A stretch of DNA of 63,575 nt, counting the filler, from Globobulimina sp. (lineage: Eukaryota), in assembly GCA_003354225.1 (NCBI GenBank). It is 19 parts of 19 records of this genome, joined end to end, with 100 filler letters (N's around TTAATTAATTAA, not from the genome) between each part and the next. Parts side by side here need not be neighbours in the genome. Positions count along the whole stretch, not along the records: positions 56,978 to 60,226 come from PIVH01003308.1; positions 60,327 to 63,575 come from PIVH01003309.1; 17 more parts are not named here. One strand, given 5' to 3'. Positions 59,477-63,575 of this stretch are shown here, piece after piece; the stretch's first letter is position 1; each line of letters opens with the position of its first letter. The notes under the pieces were generated by a model. The model was given only the letters and a program-made list of their open reading frames with translations. It made no database searches and was not told the DNA's origin. The position numbers were made by a program, and so were the translations under genes.

Positions 59477-60197
59477 TTAATCCTTTCTCAATTGGAATAT
59501 TTCATGCGTTGTTCCTTGTTTTGTGATGACATAAATATCGGCAGAATCGCCAGTGGTGATCTCTCTTTCCACCACAGCATTCAATGTATTTTTGATTAAT
59601 TTAAGTGCTTCATCTTTGCTCATTTCTTTTTTATCAGCTAATTGTCGATGTTGTTTCCACACAAAATTATCCAATAAAGGCACAGCCAATACACCACCAT
59701 CACCATTAACAGCATGCTTTTGTGCTTCAAATGAGCCCACCGCATCGTAGGAATATACAAATCCTTCCCCCTTCGCGTCAATCCCTGCCAATATATTGAA
59801 AGTGTCTGTTTGTGTGCGAGGATAAGCATTAATATTTATTATTATTCGTGTGCAAGGATGGCACTTAACAATACACAAAGAAGCGTCTGTAATATAATGT
59901 TCTGGATAACATTTCGGAGATTGCGTGGGTTGACATTTCCTTTCCATGTTCAAGTCGATACATTTGCATTCTTGCATTTAATAAGGAATGCAAAGTATGT
60001 CGATCCGCCTGCATACCACATGAGGCTAATACGGCGCTGTTTGTTAATTTAGTAATTTTGGGAGACTCACGGGTTGAAATGCTGTATCCGACAGATAAAC
60101 GTCTATCTGCTGCGATTATGGCATAATCTTTGCCGGCCAAAGCTATCGATGTACCGCCATTATTCTGATATGGCATCCAACGTGGTTGTCGAGACAT
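59477..60197 (-). CDS. PSMB1: 20S proteasome subunit beta type-1 (beta6), 2 exons (intron 59869-59806), 218 aa
   Basis: PYQNNGGT, LYYRRFFVYYTFNILAGID..G.G.VYSYDAVGS, EREITTGD, C-terminal LRKD. Confidence 0.95.
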
Positions 60198-60326
60198 TTT
60201 TATTGTTATTAATTATCACTTATTTANNNNNNNNNNNNNNNNNNNNNNNNNNNNNNNNNNNNNNNNNNNNTTAATTAATTAANNNNNNNNNNNNNNNNNN
60301 NNNNNNNNNNNNNNNNNNNNNNNNNN

Positions 60327-62849
60327 TTTGATGTATTCCAACAAATATCAACGTTAACACAATGTCAACCAGACGCATGTACTTGCAATTGCGTCCAAAG
60401 AATAATTGAATGTTTAACATATTACCAAACACTGAATGTTAACAACACAAATGATCAACAAAAAATGATAATGTTTTGCCAACAAACGTATCAATTATTA
60501 CTTGATGATTATATCCATATTATAACAGAACATGACAGTGATTTAGCGCAGATTTTACAATTCACGATGACTGACAAAGAAAGGATATCGATATCATGTG
60601 ATCTTATCAATTGCAAAGTGGGTAAACGTTATTTCAGAAATACACAAATTGAGCCAAATCGCGACACATTTCCAGCCATTAATATCGACACTGATCATCA
60701 GTTTTTATTTTATCAATGTCTTTTAGATTCAATACATTGTCATATATATCATCTCTATGATGTTGGATTGAGGATCAACACCAATGCTATAAATGATGCA
60801 TACGACACTGAATCATGCATAGATAAGCAATTTGAAAATATATGTCATGAATTGAATAAAAAACAAAGCATTAAATGCAAAAATAATAAATTCAATATCA
60901 CCGGGAACAATGACAATTCCTTACATTATACTTGCGACCAAGGTATACAATATGTATATGTATACGTATAATATCTGTCGACAAATATTAATTACATATT
61001 ACAGGTATTACATTTGTGGACGGATTGTATCAATGTATGCTAGAAAATGATGTTATTGTTGGCGAAGTGGAGAAAATAAAAAACATTCTGGAGGCAGAAC
61101 AATATGATTCTGATGGTATAATGCAAGATATTGTGGACTCCAATGCTGTGGATTCAAATATCTCTATGCTTTTACCCGATAATTATGGTAATCAGTATTG
61201 TTTAATACAGCTATATTCGCAACAAACCAAAAGTATGATATTTTAATTGTTGTTCAAATATATAGTGACTTATAATTATTATTAATAAATTCACCACAGT
61301 TTGTAATAATTCCTTCGATATTGGATACAGATTTTATTATTGGCCTATTTTTAAACATGCTCGATCAGCAGAAGAATATGTTAAAGATTCTCAAAATGAC
61401 AATGCACATTCTGGCCATTTACCACATGAGTTATATGTACGTATAAAGTATGAATCATTGAAATATGAATTGTTGAATAATGGTATATATACATTGCAAC
61501 TGCGTCAATATAACATCTCATTGCTCAAAGCCAACGAATATTTGCATACAAGCAAAGTAAGAGAGATCACAGCCGGGCATGGCGAGACTATTTGGGATGT
61601 ATTACAGTATAATATTGAACAAGGCACAAATTTATCATTACAAAATTTATTAAGTGTCATAATTTACTGTGACTGGAGCGATTTGTCGAGAGAATTTAGT
61701 TCTACTTTTCGTAAAATAAAACCTTTTGAATCATTAACTGCGGCGAAATTAAGAAATAGTGAATATGCAAATTGGTCCAAATGTTTGAGGGAAACCATTG
61801 AATATTTTGGTAAAATGGGCTGGGATTATGCTGAAAATGAGGAATGGAATGTGATTAATAATAGAGAACGCGGTCCATTTTACTGCGGAATGTCTTATGT
61901 AATGGCTTTGCCTCAATTTAATATACGGCTATGTTCACCGACGAGCACCACTAAAAATATTGAAGTAGCCACGAGATTTGGTGGTGATCGTGGCATTATA
62001 ATGCAACTAAACAGCGGCGATCAAATTAATAGTTTATTTCTAAGGTGCTGGGATTGTTCGTGGTTATCCAATTTTGGTGCGGAAAATGAACGGTTGTTTG
62101 TCGGTGGTTTCTATACAATAAAAATTGAAAACATTCGAATTATTGAGACAAAGAAGAATTATTCTCGCTATTTTGCTTCATTGTATTATTTTGATTGCAT
62201 GTTGACGGGTAATATGATGAATGAGTCATTCGATTCAAATAAAATATTAGTTAAGCATTATAAGATTATTTTAAATTTAATAAAGTTTAGATTGTCAACT
62301 AATGATGAAAGGAGTTGTAAATATCCTAAATATATATATGATACATTTGAAGCATTTGTAAATATGAAAAGTCAGATTAACCTCAATTTGGAGTATTTGG
62401 ATTATGATTTTCAAAAATTAACAGATTTGGTAATGTATCCAATCACAACTTCCCAATATCCGCGGAAAAATATATTTAGAGCAGAATTATTGCGGTTATT
62501 TACAAATGTGCAGCATATAATAATTTATTCGAGCAGCAGATCATTGATTGTTGAAAAGGAATATAAAATTGATTTATTATCATTGTTGCAGTTGCTTCAA
62601 GAATCAGCGCAATTTTTGAGTCAAATTAAATTTAAGATTACGATTAAAGCCGCCTGTCCCTGTATGTCTTATCAGAATGGATTTGGATATGTTGATAAGA
62701 GCTGGATTGGGAAATTATATAATAGTAACATTTGGGAAATGAGAAAAACAGAATATGGTAAACATAATTATGATTTATCATTCTTGTCCACACAGTCTTT
62801 CTTGAATGGGGAAATGTTTGAAGAGGAATGGTTGGTAATACAAAAATAA
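60327..62849 (+). CDS. Large protein with an ADP-ribosyltransferase-like domain, 3 exons (introns 60943-61004 and 61233-61299), at least 797 aa, 5'-truncated
   Basis: Exons join in phase. Motifs GPFYCGMS, SPTSTTKNIEVATRFGG and WLSNFGAENERLF match the beta1, STS and ExE layout of R-S-E ARTs. Confidence 0.65.
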
Positions 62850-63468
62850 AAAAACCTTTTCAATTAATTTCGTAACTGTAAACATGTACCAATTTATATA
62901 AAATACAATTAAAGTCTGAATTTGTGTATACAGTCTTATTTGTATATTAGTAGACGTGCGTTTGCCAATTGTAATTATTGTATACTGCTATGAAAACATC
63001 ATTTGTTTATCATTCAACAATTGATCAACTGGTATTATACGGTTTTATACGTCTTATTGTGTAACATATTATAGTAATTATACATTAGATAGGACACACA
63101 CAGGTTGACCCATAGCAATTGTGCTAAAAAATAAAAATGTAAGTATTACATTACGGTTTATGGCATATAGACAATTGGCACGCAGCCACGCATTGCAGTC
63201 AGTCGAATACCTGCAGACTTACAAGGTTATTGCGGCAAGAACGAATAATCAGTTTTCTATCCTTAGTCGACTAGCTTCGAAGTAGCTTTCATCAGACTTT
63301 GAAAACTTCTTCCTTCCTCCGCTTACCATAAAGCCTTAGCCGAGGAAACAGCAAACCGAAACTATTCGTATTAAGCAAATAGCAAATCTTTTAGAGTTAA
63401 AACCCACCCACCCACACCTCTGTACTAGAACTAGCTGTTCAGTTTCACCAACCAATTACAAGGGGGAT

Positions 63469-63516
63469 CCTACTATAATTCGGTCCTACTATAATTCGGT
63501 CCTACTATAATTCGGT
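63469..63516. repeat. Three-copy 16-bp tandem repeat CCTACTATAATTCGGT
   Basis: Three exact copies near the end of the window. Confidence 0.9.
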
Positions 63517-63575
63517 GATATTTATGAAATTCCCAAGGGGGTACCCTTGGAAATATTTTAGAATCAGGCCAGCGA

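Overview
This window is not one continuous locus. It is 19 unrelated contigs of 3249-3254 bp, sorted by length and joined by an artificial 100-bp spacer (N44-TTAATTAATTAA-N44, stops in all six frames). Contigs: 1-3254, 3355-6608, 6709-9961, 10062-13314, 13415-16667, 16768-20020, 20121-23372, 23473-26724, 26825-30075, 30176-33426, 33527-36777, 36878-40127, 40228-43477, 43578-46827, 46928-50177, 50278-53527, 53628-56877, 56978-60226, 60327-63575. Most contigs come from an AT-rich eukaryote with short GT-AG introns (about 50-110 bp). Its gene repertoire (7TM-RGS, Kelch-type propellers, Cys-rich PTxxPT surface proteins, intron-rich divergent actin) suggests a rhizarian or foraminiferan protist; this is inference. 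Mixed in are bacterial DNA (contig 1: sigma54-driven Flp pilin locus beside a GT-C/GT2 pair; a high-GC S9 peptidase fragment) and probably animal DNA (an adhesion-GPCR exon; contig 13). Several contigs look chimeric, as expected of an amplified single-cell or metagenomic assembly. Highlights, most of them missed or split by the ORF track: (1) a 3-exon, 4TM, bacterial-like STING gene (30487-31922); (2) a multi-copy family with an ADP-ribosyltransferase-like (STS/ExE) domain (60327-62849 plus fragments); (3) an intron-containing Rnl2-family RNA ligase; (4) a 6-exon ParB-like gene; (5) several MITEs with clear TIRs and TSDs, one of which interrupts an ART-family gene; (6) CRE-like RLE and APE-type non-LTR retrotransposons. 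All family assignments come from motif recognition by eye, not database searches.
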